Positions 7,649 through 16,883 of a stretch of DNA of 26,684 nucleotides are shown in pieces. Position numbers and translations under genes: made by a program. Origin of the DNA: an uncultured Spirochaetales bacterium (GTDB lineage: Bacteria > Myxococcota_A > UBA9160 > SMWR01); contig CAZQYK010000404.1 in NCBI GenBank assembly GCA_964597285.1, forward strand, positions 1 through 26,684, in the 5' to 3' direction. Position 1 is the first letter of the stretch. Every line of letters starts with the position of its first letter. The notes below the pieces were generated by a model. It searched no databases. It saw only the letters and a list, made by a program, of their open reading frames with translations, and was not told where the DNA came from.

Positions 7649-8815
7649 ATGCCGGAGTTCCAGGGGCTCGACTTCCTGCGCCTCGACGCGCTGCTCTCCG
7701 ACGAGGAGCGCCTCGCCCGCGACGCCGTGCGCGAGTGGGTGAGCCGCGAGTTCCTGCCGCGCATCCAGCAGCACGTGCGACAGGACGGGTCGTTCCCGAT
7801 GGAGCTCGTGCCCGGCCTCGCCGAGCTCGGCGTGTTCGGCGCGAACCTCTCGGGCTACGGCTGCGCCGGCATGAACAACGTCGCCTACGGGCTCGTGATG
7901 CAGGAGCTCGAGCGCGGCGACTCGGGCCTGCGCAGCTTCGCGTCGGTGCAGGGCTCGCTCGTGATGTACCCGATCCACGCCTACGGCTCCGACGCGCAGA
8001 AGGAGCGCTGGCTGCCCGATCTGGCCGCCGGGCGCGCGATCGGCTGCTTCGGCCTGACCGAGCCCGACGCCGGCAGCCACGTCGCCGCGATGCGCACGCG
8101 CGCCGAGCGCCGAGGCGCCGGCTGGGTGCTGAACGGCACGAAGCGCTGGATCACGAACGGAAGCATCGCCGACGTCGCGGTCGTCTGGGCCCAGACCGAC
8201 GACGGCGTGCGCGGCTTCCTCGTCGAGCGCGGCTGCAGGGGCTTCGAGACGCGCGACATCAAGGGGAAGTTCTCGCTGCGCGGGTCGGTGACGTCGGAGC
8301 TCTTCCTCACCGACGTCGAGCTGCCCGACGAGAGCCGGCTGTCGAAGGTCGAGGGGCTGCGCGGCCCGCTCTCGTGCCTGACCCAGGCGCGCTACGGCAT
8401 CGCGTGGGGCGCGATCGGCGCCGCGATGGCCTGCTACGACGAGGCGCTCCACTACAGCCGCGAGCGCCAGGTGCAAGGCGGGCCGCTCGCGGCGAAGCAG
8501 ATCACGCAGGAGAAGCTCGTCTTCATGCTCACCGAGATCACGAAGGCACAGCTGCTCGCGCTGCGGGTCGGGCGCATCAAGGACGAGGGCTCGCTCGACC
8601 ACACGATGGTGTCGCTGATCAAGCGCAACAACGTCGACGCCGCGCTCCAGATCGCCCGCCTCGCGCGCGACCTGCTCGGCGCGAACGGCATCGTCGACGA
8701 CTACCAGGCGATGCGGCACATGGTGAACCTCGAGACCGTTCGCACCTACGAGGGCACCCACGACGTGCACACGCTGATCCTCGGCGAGGCGATCACCGGC
8801 CACCGCGCGCTGTAG
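7649..8815 (+). CDS. gcdH: Acyl-CoA dehydrogenase, glutaryl-CoA dehydrogenase family
   Basis: Start reassigned to MPEFQGLDFL. YGLVMQELERGDSGLRSFASVQGSLVMYPI, FGLTEPDAGS, LNGTKRWITNG, LLGANGI, catalytic TYEGTHDVH. Confidence 0.8.
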   Translation: MPEFQGLDFLRLDALLSDEERLARDAVREWVSREFLPRIQQHVRQDGSFPMELVPGLAELGVFGANLSGYGCAGMNNVAYGLVMQELERGDSGLRSFASVQGSLVMYPIHAYGSDAQKERWLPDLAAGRAIGCFGLTEPDAGSHVAAMRTRAERRGAGWVLNGTKRWITNGSIADVAVVWAQTDDGVRGFLVERGCRGFETRDIKGKFSLRGSVTSELFLTDVELPDESRLSKVEGLRGPLSCLTQARYGIAWGAIGAAMACYDEALHYSRERQVQGGPLAAKQITQEKLVFMLTEITKAQLLALRVGRIKDEGSLDHTMVSLIKRNNVDAALQIARLARDLLGANGIVDDYQAMRHMVNLETVRTYEGTHDVHTLILGEAITGHRAL

Positions 8816-8857
8816 CGGAGGGCGTCGCCCCCTCGGTCGCCTGCGGGCGCCCTCTCT

Positions 8858-8873
8858 TGGCATGCTCCTTGCT
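8858..8873 (+). promoter_or_regulatory. Sigma-54 (-24/-12) promoter
   Basis: TGGCATG-CTCC-TTGCT matches TGGCAC/TG-N4-TTGCW with exact GG/GC spacing, upstream of the beta-helix gene. Confidence 0.8.
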
Positions 8874-8960
8874 CCCGGGCTCTTCCGAATGACGGAGCCG
8901 CTCGGAATGAGACCGGCGTCACGGTGGCCGGCGCCGCGATCGCAGACCCTCCGAGGCCCG

Positions 8961-10853
8961 ATGCTGCCCCTGTGCCGCTGTCTCGCCGTCCTCGGCGCCG
9001 GATTCGGGCTCGCAGCCGCGCCCGCACGCGCCGCGGTCTACTACGCCGACCCGCTGACCGGCGACGACGCCGGCCCCGGCAGCGCGGCGAGCCCGTTCCG
9101 CAGCGTCGCCGCCGCGGTGCAGAATCTGCAACCCGGCGACGAGCTGCGCCTCCGCGGGGGGACGTACTGGGAGAGCGGCGTTCGCATCTCGGCGCGCGGT
9201 GACCCCGACGCGCCGATCGTGATCCGCACGGCCCCGGACGCGAAGCCGCGCATCGACGGCGGCTTCCGGGAGTTCCGCAGCCCCGGGAACGATCACTGGG
9301 AGCCCGTCGACGGCGGGCGGCACATCTACCGCTCGAAGCGCCGCTACCCGGACGTCGGCATCGTCCACGGATATCTCGAGCACGGCGGACGACGCTGGCG
9401 GCTCGTGCCGTACGAGTCGTGGCAGGCGTTCTCGACGGACGTCGAGCACTTCGACGAGGATCTCCCGATCTACGTGGGCCAGGGCACCTACTGGAACCCG
9501 TCGGACGAGCGGATCTACGTGCGCCTCCAGCCCGGAGTGCTGCAAATCGAGCAGCAGCGGGGATCTCCCGATCCGCCCGCGCTCGACGCCCGTCAGGCGG
9601 CGCTCGTCCTCTACGGCGACGACGAGGTGGTGCGGATCGACGCCCGCGCGCGTCACCTCGTCCTGGAGGGCCTGGCGATCGTGCACCAGAACAACGCGAT
9701 CGAGATCGAGAGCGGCGCCCACGACGTGACCGTGCGCGACAGCGAGCTCCTCGGCGGCCGCACGCACGTCATCGTGCGCGGAGGCGCCCACGACCTCCGC
9801 TTCGAGCGAGTCGTGATCGACGACGCGGTGCCCCCGTGGATCGCCTGGCAGGACGTGAAGTCGGGCACGCGGCCCGCCCATCTGCTCCAGGGTGCGGCGT
9901 TCAATCTCCAGGACGACGCCCATCACGTGGAGATCTTCGAGAGCACGATCCGCAACGTCTTCGACGGCATCGACGCGACCGGCGAGGCGCACCATCTCAC
10001 CGTGCGCGAGAACCTGTTCGAGGGCATCCGCGACGACTGCTTCCAGCTCGGCTCGGCAGGCTACGAGCACCACGTGCACCACAACCGGATGCTGCGCGTC
10101 TCGAAAGGCGTGAGCCGGCACGGCTCTGGCACGAGCCCGCGGCCCGGCACCACTTTCGTGCACCACAACGTGATCGACGCGAGCGAGCGGATGCAGTACG
10201 GGCGACGCGACGCTTCGGGAGCCTGGCACGGCAAGGCGCTGCGCGGCGGCTCGGAGGGAAAGGTCTGGGCGACGCCGTTCGGCTCGCACACCAGCGACGG
10301 ATTCGGAAGCGGCGACGCGTGGAAGATCTACCACAACACCGTCCTGTTCGGACGCGACATCTCGAACCAGGGCGCGGGCCACACGCGCCCCCGGCGCGCC
10401 GGTGCCGTGCACGAGGTCTACAACAACGTCTTCGTCCAGGTGACCGGCTATCGCATCGCCCGTGAGGCGACTGCCCTCGGCGGACTCCAGGTCTACGACG
10501 GCAATCTCTACCACCGGCGGCTCCACGACCCGGACGAGGAGATCTTCGCGGACTTCGAGCCCGCCGACGGCGGTGCGCCGGTGGACTTCGACGATCTCGC
10601 CGCGTTCCGCAGCTCCGCGTTCCAGCGCGCCACGCGCGCGCACTACGCGCCGGGGTGGGAGGCCAACGGCATCGAGGCCGATCCGCGCCTCGACGCGGCT
10701 TATCGCCCGGCCGCGGACGGACCAGCCGCCGTCGGCGCCGTCGCCCTCCCGGCGGGCCTTCCGGGCGCTTCCGGAGAGAAGTTTCGCGGCGCACTCGCAC
10801 CGGCCGGCAGCGGCAACGTAGGGCGGCCGGGCGCGCCATACGTGGTGGAGTGA
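8961..10853 (+). CDS. Secreted right-handed beta-helix (pectin-lyase-fold) protein; possible polysaccharide lyase or modifier
   Basis: Signal peptide MLPLCRCLAVLGAGFGLAAAPARA, then the GDDAGPGS..PFRSVAAA...PGDELRLRGGTY motif typical of DUF1565/PL9-like N-termini. Repeated beta-helix rungs (NNAIEI, HDVTVRDS, HHVEIFESTIRN, HHLTVRENLF, FVHHNVI, IYHNTV, VYNNVF). Alternative start ATG 8889. Confidence 0.75.
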   Translation: MLPLCRCLAVLGAGFGLAAAPARAAVYYADPLTGDDAGPGSAASPFRSVAAAVQNLQPGDELRLRGGTYWESGVRISARGDPDAPIVIRTAPDAKPRIDGGFREFRSPGNDHWEPVDGGRHIYRSKRRYPDVGIVHGYLEHGGRRWRLVPYESWQAFSTDVEHFDEDLPIYVGQGTYWNPSDERIYVRLQPGVLQIEQQRGSPDPPALDARQAALVLYGDDEVVRIDARARHLVLEGLAIVHQNNAIEIESGAHDVTVRDSELLGGRTHVIVRGGAHDLRFERVVIDDAVPPWIAWQDVKSGTRPAHLLQGAAFNLQDDAHHVEIFESTIRNVFDGIDATGEAHHLTVRENLFEGIRDDCFQLGSAGYEHHVHHNRMLRVSKGVSRHGSGTSPRPGTTFVHHNVIDASERMQYGRRDASGAWHGKALRGGSEGKVWATPFGSHTSDGFGSGDAWKIYHNTVLFGRDISNQGAGHTRPRRAGAVHEVYNNVFVQVTGYRIAREATALGGLQVYDGNLYHRRLHDPDEEIFADFEPADGGAPVDFDDLAAFRSSAFQRATRAHYAPGWEANGIEADPRLDAAYRPAADGPAAVGAVALPAGLPGASGEKFRGALAPAGSGNVGRPGAPYVVE

Positions 10854-10857
10854 ACGC

Positions 10858-12033
10858 ATGGGCTCCACACAGCAGCGACACATCGCCGTCGTCACGAACA
10901 CTGAATGGAATCTGCTCCGCTTCCGCGCCGACCTCCTGCGGGCGCTCGTCTCGAAGGGGTGGTCCGTGGCGGCGGTCAGCGATCTCTCGGAGTCCGGCAG
11001 CCAGATGCTCCGCGCCTGGGGCGTGGAGCCGATCCGCGTGTCGGTCGCGTCGGCGGGCACGAACCCGGCCCAGGACCTGCGCTACCTGAGCGCGCTGGCG
11101 GGCGTGTATCGGCGGCTGCGCCCCGATGTCGTGCACCACTTCTCGATCAAGCCGGTCGTCTGGGGATCGTTCGCGGCGCGCATTGCGCGCGTTCCGGTCG
11201 TGGTCAACGGCGTGACCGGGCTCGGCAGCGCCTACGACTCGGAGCGACGCTGGCTGGCGCGCGTGGTGCGCGGGCTGTATCGCGGAGCGCTGCGGCGCGG
11301 CACCGTCGTGCTCCAGAACGCGGAGGACCGGGCGCGGCTGCTCCGCGACATCGGGCTCGATCCGCGGCGCACCGAGGTGGTTCCCGGCTCCGGCGTCGAC
11401 ACCGACCGTCTCGCTCCGGATCCCGCGCTCCGACCCGAGCAGCGCAGCGAGTTCATCATGGTCTCGCGGATGCTCTGGGCCAAGGGGGTGCGAGAGTTCG
11501 TCGAGGCCGCGCGGCGTGTGGCTCGCGACCGGCCCGCGGCATCGTTCTCGCTCTTCGGCGGCTGCCGCGAGGACTACGGCTCGAAGAACGCCGACTTCGT
11601 GCCCCGCGAGTGGCTCGAGGCGGTGGACCGCGAGGGCGTCGTACGCTGGCACGGACGAACCGCTCCAGACGTGGTGGAGCGCCGCATGCGCGGCTGCGCC
11701 GCGCTCGTCCTTCCCTCGAGCTATCCGGAGGGCATTCCGCGGACCCTCCTCGAGGCGGCGGCGGCCGGCGCGCCGATCATCACGACCGACCGGCCCGGCT
11801 GCCGCGACGCGGTGCTTCCCGGCGTCTCCGGCCTTCTCGTGCCGCCCCGCTCGGCCGAGGCGCTCGCCGACGCGATGCGCCGCCTCCTCGACGACCCGGC
11901 GTTGCGCGCGTCGATGGGCGCACGGGGCCGTCAGCTCGCCGTCGAGCGCTTCGACAGCCGGCGGATCGTCGAGCGCCTGCTGTCGCTCTACGACGCCCCG
12001 CGCGACGCCATCGCCTCGCGCGGAGCGGTTTGA
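10858..12033 (+). CDS. Glycosyltransferase family 4 (CapM/PglA-like)
   Basis: FRADLL, PDVVHHFSIKPVVWG, NGVTGLG, GSGVD, RMLWAKGVREF, PSSYPEGIPRTLLEAAAAG, TDRPGCRDAV (EX7E). Confidence 0.92.
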   Translation: MGSTQQRHIAVVTNTEWNLLRFRADLLRALVSKGWSVAAVSDLSESGSQMLRAWGVEPIRVSVASAGTNPAQDLRYLSALAGVYRRLRPDVVHHFSIKPVVWGSFAARIARVPVVVNGVTGLGSAYDSERRWLARVVRGLYRGALRRGTVVLQNAEDRARLLRDIGLDPRRTEVVPGSGVDTDRLAPDPALRPEQRSEFIMVSRMLWAKGVREFVEAARRVARDRPAASFSLFGGCREDYGSKNADFVPREWLEAVDREGVVRWHGRTAPDVVERRMRGCAALVLPSSYPEGIPRTLLEAAAAGAPIITTDRPGCRDAVLPGVSGLLVPPRSAEALADAMRRLLDDPALRASMGARGRQLAVERFDSRRIVERLLSLYDAPRDAIASRGAV

Positions 12034-13124
12034 CCGAGGCGGATCGCCTGGGGAAGGGGTTCGCGAGGCGCTGGACGAACCGTTCCGAGCATCGCGACCA
12101 GCAGCCAGAGGGTCGAGAATCGCAGCCCCTGGTGCGTGACCCCGTAGAGGAACGACGGCACGAGGAAGGCCAGCCCGTACGCTCCGACGCGCCGCCCGAG
12201 CCCGAGCAGGAACGCTCCGAACAGCCCCGCGCCGACGACGCCGTAGCTGAAGACGAGCGTGCCGGGAGTCGAGTGGAACTCCGCGTCGTCCCAGCGGCGG
12301 AAGCGCTCGTAACCCCCCTCCCCGGCGCCGAGCACGAGGTGCTCGGGGTGCTTCCACAGGCGGTCGTAGCCGCGCGTGACGAGGTTGTCGTCCGCCTGGT
12401 CACCGAGACCCGCGATCCGCGCTCGCACCCGCTCGTAGAGGGCGGTTTCGCCCATCAGCGTCACGACGACGAGCGCGGCGAGCATCGCCGGCGCGAGCCG
12501 CTCGGGCCGGCGCACCACCGCGAGCACGAACAGCACCGCGAGCGCGATCAGCGCCGCCTTCGACAGCGACAATGCCACGAGGTAGAGCACGGCGAGCGAG
12601 AACGGGATCTGCCAGCGCAGGCCGACCGGCGCCCTCAGCGTGCAGACGAAGAAGATCGAGCCCGACAGCAGCGCCCAGTAGCCGAGCTGGTTGGGGTTGT
12701 TGAAGAACAGCATGCCGCGGTTCGCGCCCCCTCCGCCGAGCGTGAGTGCGAGCGCCAGCTGGACGAACACCGCGAGCCACGTGCTCCACATCACGACCCG
12801 AACGAATCGGTCCCGGTGGATCGAGTAGAGCCGGAACGCGAGGAAGACGAGCGCGAAGTTGTAGAGGTAGAAGAGGGGCGGAACCAGGAACTCCGGATCG
12901 GCGCGATACGTCGCCCAGGCGACGTTGACCGCGGCGGTCCAGACGGCGAACAGGCCCGCCCACAGCACGATCGGCAGCGCGCCGCGGTCGAGCGGTCCGC
13001 TCGGCCGGACCAACGCGATCGCGACCGCGAGCGTCAGGAACGCGTCCGCCACCTGGGGCAGCCCGCTCGGGAAGAGATAGAAGGGCTTCAGGACGAGATA
13101 GAGTGCGAGCAGGATCAGAGGCAT
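11988..13124 (-). CDS. Wzy-like polysaccharide polymerase / O-antigen ligase family membrane protein
   Basis: MPLILLALYLVLKPFY...; about 10 hydrophobic segments, FNNPNQLGY, LSLSKAAL, and HST..TLVFSYG after a periplasmic loop. C-terminal half of track ORF 11988..14369. Confidence 0.8.
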   Translation of the reverse strand: MPLILLALYLVLKPFYLFPSGLPQVADAFLTLAVAIALVRPSGPLDRGALPIVLWAGLFAVWTAAVNVAWATYRADPEFLVPPLFYLYNFALVFLAFRLYSIHRDRFVRVVMWSTWLAVFVQLALALTLGGGGANRGMLFFNNPNQLGYWALLSGSIFFVCTLRAPVGLRWQIPFSLAVLYLVALSLSKAALIALAVLFVLAVVRRPERLAPAMLAALVVVTLMGETALYERVRARIAGLGDQADDNLVTRGYDRLWKHPEHLVLGAGEGGYERFRRWDDAEFHSTPGTLVFSYGVVGAGLFGAFLLGLGRRVGAYGLAFLVPSFLYGVTHQGLRFSTLWLLVAMLGTVRPAPREPLPQAIRLGQTAPREAMASRGAS

Positions 13125-14470
13125 CGGAAGGCCTCGGCCGCACGCGCGCGGATCGACATTGCGTTGATCCCGGCCGAGCACACCAGATCGGCGACCGCCG
13201 CGGCCACGCCGACCCAGGCGGCGCCCAGGATCCCGTGATCGGGAATCCAGAGCGCGCTCGCCGCGAGCGCGACGACGGCGACGACCACGTGATTCACGAG
13301 GTGGGCGCGGAACCGGCGCGCGGCCGTGGTGCCGAAGTGCAGCATCGACGCGACGTAGCGGATCAGCGCTCCGAACATCACCCAGACGAAGACGTCCGCA
13401 TGCCGCCCGTAGTCGCTGGTGTAGAGGAGCGTCAGTACGGGCGCGCCCGCGACCCACGCGACGGCGAGCCCGACGACGCCGAAGAAGATCCCGATCAGCG
13501 ATACCCGCGCCAGCAGCGAGGCGAAGGCGCGCGTGTTCCCGCTCGCGTACAGCCGCGCGAGCCGGGCGACCGCGGAGTGGCCGAGCCCCTGCACGAGCTC
13601 GTTGCCGGCGGCCGCGATGTAGATCATCGCCGCGAAGTAGCCGAGCTCCTCGAGCCCAGTGCCCTGGGCCAGGAAGAGCCTCGGCGTGCTCTGCTGCAGC
13701 GAGAAGAGCGCGCCGGCGATCCCGAGCGGCAGCGTCTGGCGCGTCAGGCGCCACAGCCGCGCGCGCTGCCAGCTCGGCGACACCGAGGCGTGGGCCTCGC
13801 CCTCGCGATGCCGCAGCACGCGCCGGCCGAGCGGGATGTCGTGGACCGCGAGCACGGCGACCGACGCCAGCGCCATGCCGAGCACGCCGACCCAGAGCCG
13901 CCCGGTGGCGATCACGCCGGCCGCCAGCAGCGCCACCGACGCCACCCCGCGCAGGACCAGCGAACGCGCCACGTGGTCCATGCGTTCGTAGAGCTGGAAG
14001 CATGCGTGGAAGACCTCGCCGACCGACGCAAAGGACCGCGATGCGCCGATCAGCGCGATGACGATCGCCGTCTCGATCCCGTGGCCGAGGCTCGCTCCGA
14101 TCCCGGCGATCACGACCACCGAGGCGAGGCTCGCGAGCGAGCGGAGCCCCATGTACTCGCCGAAGGGATGCGCGCGCTCGACGTCGGTGGCCTGCGCGTG
14201 CCGCAGCCCGAGGTTCGAGAACTTGAAGACCGGCATCGTGATCGCCAGCGCGAGACCGAGCTCGCCGACCATCGCGGGCGAGCCGAGCTTCGCGAGAACG
14301 GCCAGCGTGCCCCACTGCGTCGCGATGTAGACGAGCCGACCGGCGGTGATCCACGAGAAGTTCTTCCACAGCGAGAGCGAAGCCGTCCCGCGGCCCGCGA
14401 TCCTCCGATCGCCCGGTGCCGGCAGCGCGGGCTCCCGCTCGGACGCCGTGGCGCCGGAGTGCGGATGCAC
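13115..14470 (-). CDS. Wzx flippase (polysaccharide biosynthesis / MOP family)
   Basis: GTG start after GGAG. NFSWITAGRL...LAKLGSP..VGELGLA..., GLRHAQATD, many TM helices. Overlaps the wzy start by 10 bp. Confidence 0.88.
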   Translation of the reverse strand: MHPHSGATASEREPALPAPGDRRIAGRGTASLSLWKNFSWITAGRLVYIATQWGTLAVLAKLGSPAMVGELGLALAITMPVFKFSNLGLRHAQATDVERAHPFGEYMGLRSLASLASVVVIAGIGASLGHGIETAIVIALIGASRSFASVGEVFHACFQLYERMDHVARSLVLRGVASVALLAAGVIATGRLWVGVLGMALASVAVLAVHDIPLGRRVLRHREGEAHASVSPSWQRARLWRLTRQTLPLGIAGALFSLQQSTPRLFLAQGTGLEELGYFAAMIYIAAAGNELVQGLGHSAVARLARLYASGNTRAFASLLARVSLIGIFFGVVGLAVAWVAGAPVLTLLYTSDYGRHADVFVWVMFGALIRYVASMLHFGTTAARRFRAHLVNHVVVAVVALAASALWIPDHGILGAAWVGVAAAVADLVCSAGINAMSIRARAAEAFRCL

Positions 14471-14472
14471 GA

Positions 14473-15852
14473 TCAGACTCCCGGCCGCGTCACGACCGTC
14501 TGCACGGTCTTGAGCACGACGTACGCGTCGAGGGCCAGGGAGGCGTTCTCGAGGTAGTAGAGGTCGTGGCGGAACTTCTGCGCCTGCTCCAGCTCCGAGC
14601 CGGAGTAGCCCTGCCGCACCTGCGCCCATCCCGTCAAGCCGGGAGTCGCTGAAAAGCGCGCCTCGTAGAAGGGGATCGACTTCGTCAGCCGGTCCGCGAA
14701 ATGCGCTCGGATCGGGCGCGGACCCACGAGCGACATGTCGCCGCGCAACACGTTCACGAGCTGCGGCAGCTCGTCGAGGCGCAGCTTGCGCAACACGCGC
14801 CCGACGCGCGTGATGCGCGGATCGTCCTCCGAGGCCCAGCGCGGACCGGAGAGACGCTCGGCATCCTGGACCATCGTGCGGAACTTGAGACAGACGAAGG
14901 GGCGGCGGCGCCGACCGAGCCGCTCCTGCGCGAACAGAGCCGGCCCCTCGCTCTCGAGCCGCACGGCGAGCGCGATCAGCGCCATCACCGGCGCCGCCAC
15001 CAGCAGCCCGAGCGAGGCGCCCACCACGTCGCAGGCGCGCTTCGCGCCCGGACGGAAGCGCCGCGGCGCACGGCCGCCGGGGAGGAGCGCGCGTGCGATG
15101 CGACGCGCGTCGACCGCGTGCTCGGGCACGCAGCCGGTGAGCTCCGCCTCGAGCGTCGAGAGGTCCCAGACCTCGACGCCGGCGAGGCGCAGGTCGATCA
15201 GGCGTGCCACCGCTTCGCCGGAGAGCACGAGCCCGGTGTCGATCGCGACCGCGGCGAAGCCGCCGTTGCGGAGCAGCTCCTCCGCGGCCTCGGCCTGCGC
15301 CGGCTGCGTGCCACCGGCGGGAGCGACGTCGAGGATCGGCCCGAGTGCGTACTCGCTCGACGCCTCGCCGGAGAGCGCGGCAACGAGCCCCTGGACGCGC
15401 GCGCGCGATCCGATCGCGGCGAGGCGGCGGGCCCGCCAGCTCCCGACCCACCGGCGCAGCACCGCCCGGCTCGCGAGCGAGAGGCCGAGCAGCAGCGGAA
15501 CGTGTGCGAGCAGCGCCGCGACCTCGATCCGGTCTTCGGCGAGCAGCGGCACCGACGCGATCGCCGCCGCGGACAGCGGGACGAGGCGCCGCCGGTGCCG
15601 AGCCGACGCGCCGCGAGGGGTGACGCCGTGCAGATCGAAGGCATAGAGCGCAGCGAGGTGGAGTGGGATCACCAGCGCGCTCGCGCGGGCCGCGAACGCC
15701 AGCGCTTCCTGCGCTTCGAGCTCCGCCGCGGACGCTCCGGGAAGCACACCGGCCAGCGTCCGTGCCGCGGCCAGCGCGATCGGCACCGCCAGCGCGTCGA
15801 GGGCGAGCGCGAGCGCCGCGGCGCGGCGGCGTCGGGTCCAGAAGCGGCTCAC
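14473..15852 (-). CDS. Priming polyprenyl glycosylphosphotransferase (WcaJ/EpsB-like, long form)
   Basis: GTGA overlap with the upstream stop. N-terminal TM helices, then Bac_transf motifs KRACDV, KFRTM, DPRITRVGRVLRKLRLDELPQL, GDMSLVGPRP, PGLTGWAQV. Confidence 0.93.
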   Translation of the reverse strand: MSRFWTRRRRAAALALALDALAVPIALAAARTLAGVLPGASAAELEAQEALAFAARASALVIPLHLAALYAFDLHGVTPRGASARHRRRLVPLSAAAIASVPLLAEDRIEVAALLAHVPLLLGLSLASRAVLRRWVGSWRARRLAAIGSRARVQGLVAALSGEASSEYALGPILDVAPAGGTQPAQAEAAEELLRNGGFAAVAIDTGLVLSGEAVARLIDLRLAGVEVWDLSTLEAELTGCVPEHAVDARRIARALLPGGRAPRRFRPGAKRACDVVGASLGLLVAAPVMALIALAVRLESEGPALFAQERLGRRRRPFVCLKFRTMVQDAERLSGPRWASEDDPRITRVGRVLRKLRLDELPQLVNVLRGDMSLVGPRPIRAHFADRLTKSIPFYEARFSATPGLTGWAQVRQGYSGSELEQAQKFRHDLYYLENASLALDAYVVLKTVQTVVTRPGV

Positions 15853-16883
15853 GGGTCGGGCGCGCCGACGGCCGCGGCGCCGGCCTGACTCTCTCGTACG
15901 CCGCGCTCGACGAACCAACGCACCGTGCGGTCGAGACCGTCGGGCAGCGGCGTCCGCGCTCTCCAGCCGAGGCGCCGCCGGGCCTTGGTCGTGTCCGAGT
16001 AGTTGCGGCGCACGTCGCCTACGCGCGGCCCGCGGCAGACGAGCTCGGCGCGCGGTACGCCGTAGCGCACGAGCGTCTTGCGGAGCAGCGCGACGAGCTC
16101 CCGGACGGTCGTCTCGCGTTCCGTCGCGATCTGGAACACCTCGCCGCCGACGTTCGCGGTCGTGCCCGCGGCGCGGATGGCCTCGACGAGATCGTCGACG
16201 TACACGTAGTCGCGGGTGTTTCCCCCGTCGCCGTAGATCTCGAGTGGTCGCCCCCGCAATGCGCGGCCGATGAAGCGCGCGACGACGCTGCCCTTGTGCG
16301 CCGAGCCGGGCCCGTAGACGTTGCCGAAACGCAGCGCGACCGTCTCGAGGCCGAAGCTGTGGAAGTAGGCAGAGCAGTAGCCCTCGCACGCGAGCTTGCT
16401 GGCGCCGTAGGGCGAGGCCGGCCGACACGGTACCTCCTCGTGCAGCGGGGGCTCTCGATCACCCACCGGTGCGCCGCTCGACGCGAAGACGAAGCGTCGG
16501 ACGCTGGCGAGGCGTGCCGCGTCGAGGTACGAGAGCGTCCCGAGCACGTTCACCGACAGGTCGCGCGCCGGATCGTCGACGGACTGCTGCACTCCGGTGC
16601 TCGCGGCGAGGTGGACGATCACTTCCGCGCCTTCGACCGCTCGCTGGGCGGCCGTGCGATCGCGCACGTCGCTGACGAGCAGCTGCACCCGCCCGGCGCA
16701 CCAGCGGGGCGCCGCAACCGACGCCCGCGCGTCGACGCGATCGACCTCGGACGTCGCGCCCAGGGTCGCCGCGCTTCCGACCGACAGGTCGTCGACGACG
16801 CGCACGGCGGCGCCCTCGCGCGCCAGAGCGCGCACCAGCGCCGAGCCGATGAAGCCGCATCCCCCCGTGACGAGCCAACGCAT
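15849..16883 (-). CDS. NAD-dependent nucleotide-sugar epimerase/dehydratase (extended SDR, GalE/WbpP-like)
   Basis: MRWLVTGGCGFIGS, IVHLAA, ASSGA, YGASK, LRFGNVYGP, RDYVYVDD. Start coupled by a TGATG overlap to the sqdB-like gene. Confidence 0.93.
   Translation of the reverse strand: MRWLVTGGCGFIGSALVRALAREGAAVRVVDDLSVGSAATLGATSEVDRVDARASVAAPRWCAGRVQLLVSDVRDRTAAQRAVEGAEVIVHLAASTGVQQSVDDPARDLSVNVLGTLSYLDAARLASVRRFVFASSGAPVGDREPPLHEEVPCRPASPYGASKLACEGYCSAYFHSFGLETVALRFGNVYGPGSAHKGSVVARFIGRALRGRPLEIYGDGGNTRDYVYVDDLVEAIRAAGTTANVGGEVFQIATERETTVRELVALLRKTLVRYGVPRAELVCRGPRVGDVRRNYSDTTKARRRLGWRARTPLPDGLDRTVRWFVERGVRESQAGAAAVGAPDP

Noticed and set aside
8818-8857. Possible terminator GAGGGCG...CGCCCTC-TCTT after the acyl-CoA dehydrogenase
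   Set aside because: 7-bp GC stem with a long loop and a weak U-tract; not distinguishable from chance here.
10790-10853. PEP-CTERM or MYXO-CTERM sorting signal on the beta-helix protein
   Set aside because: No terminal transmembrane helix or basic cluster follows the Pro-rich motif.
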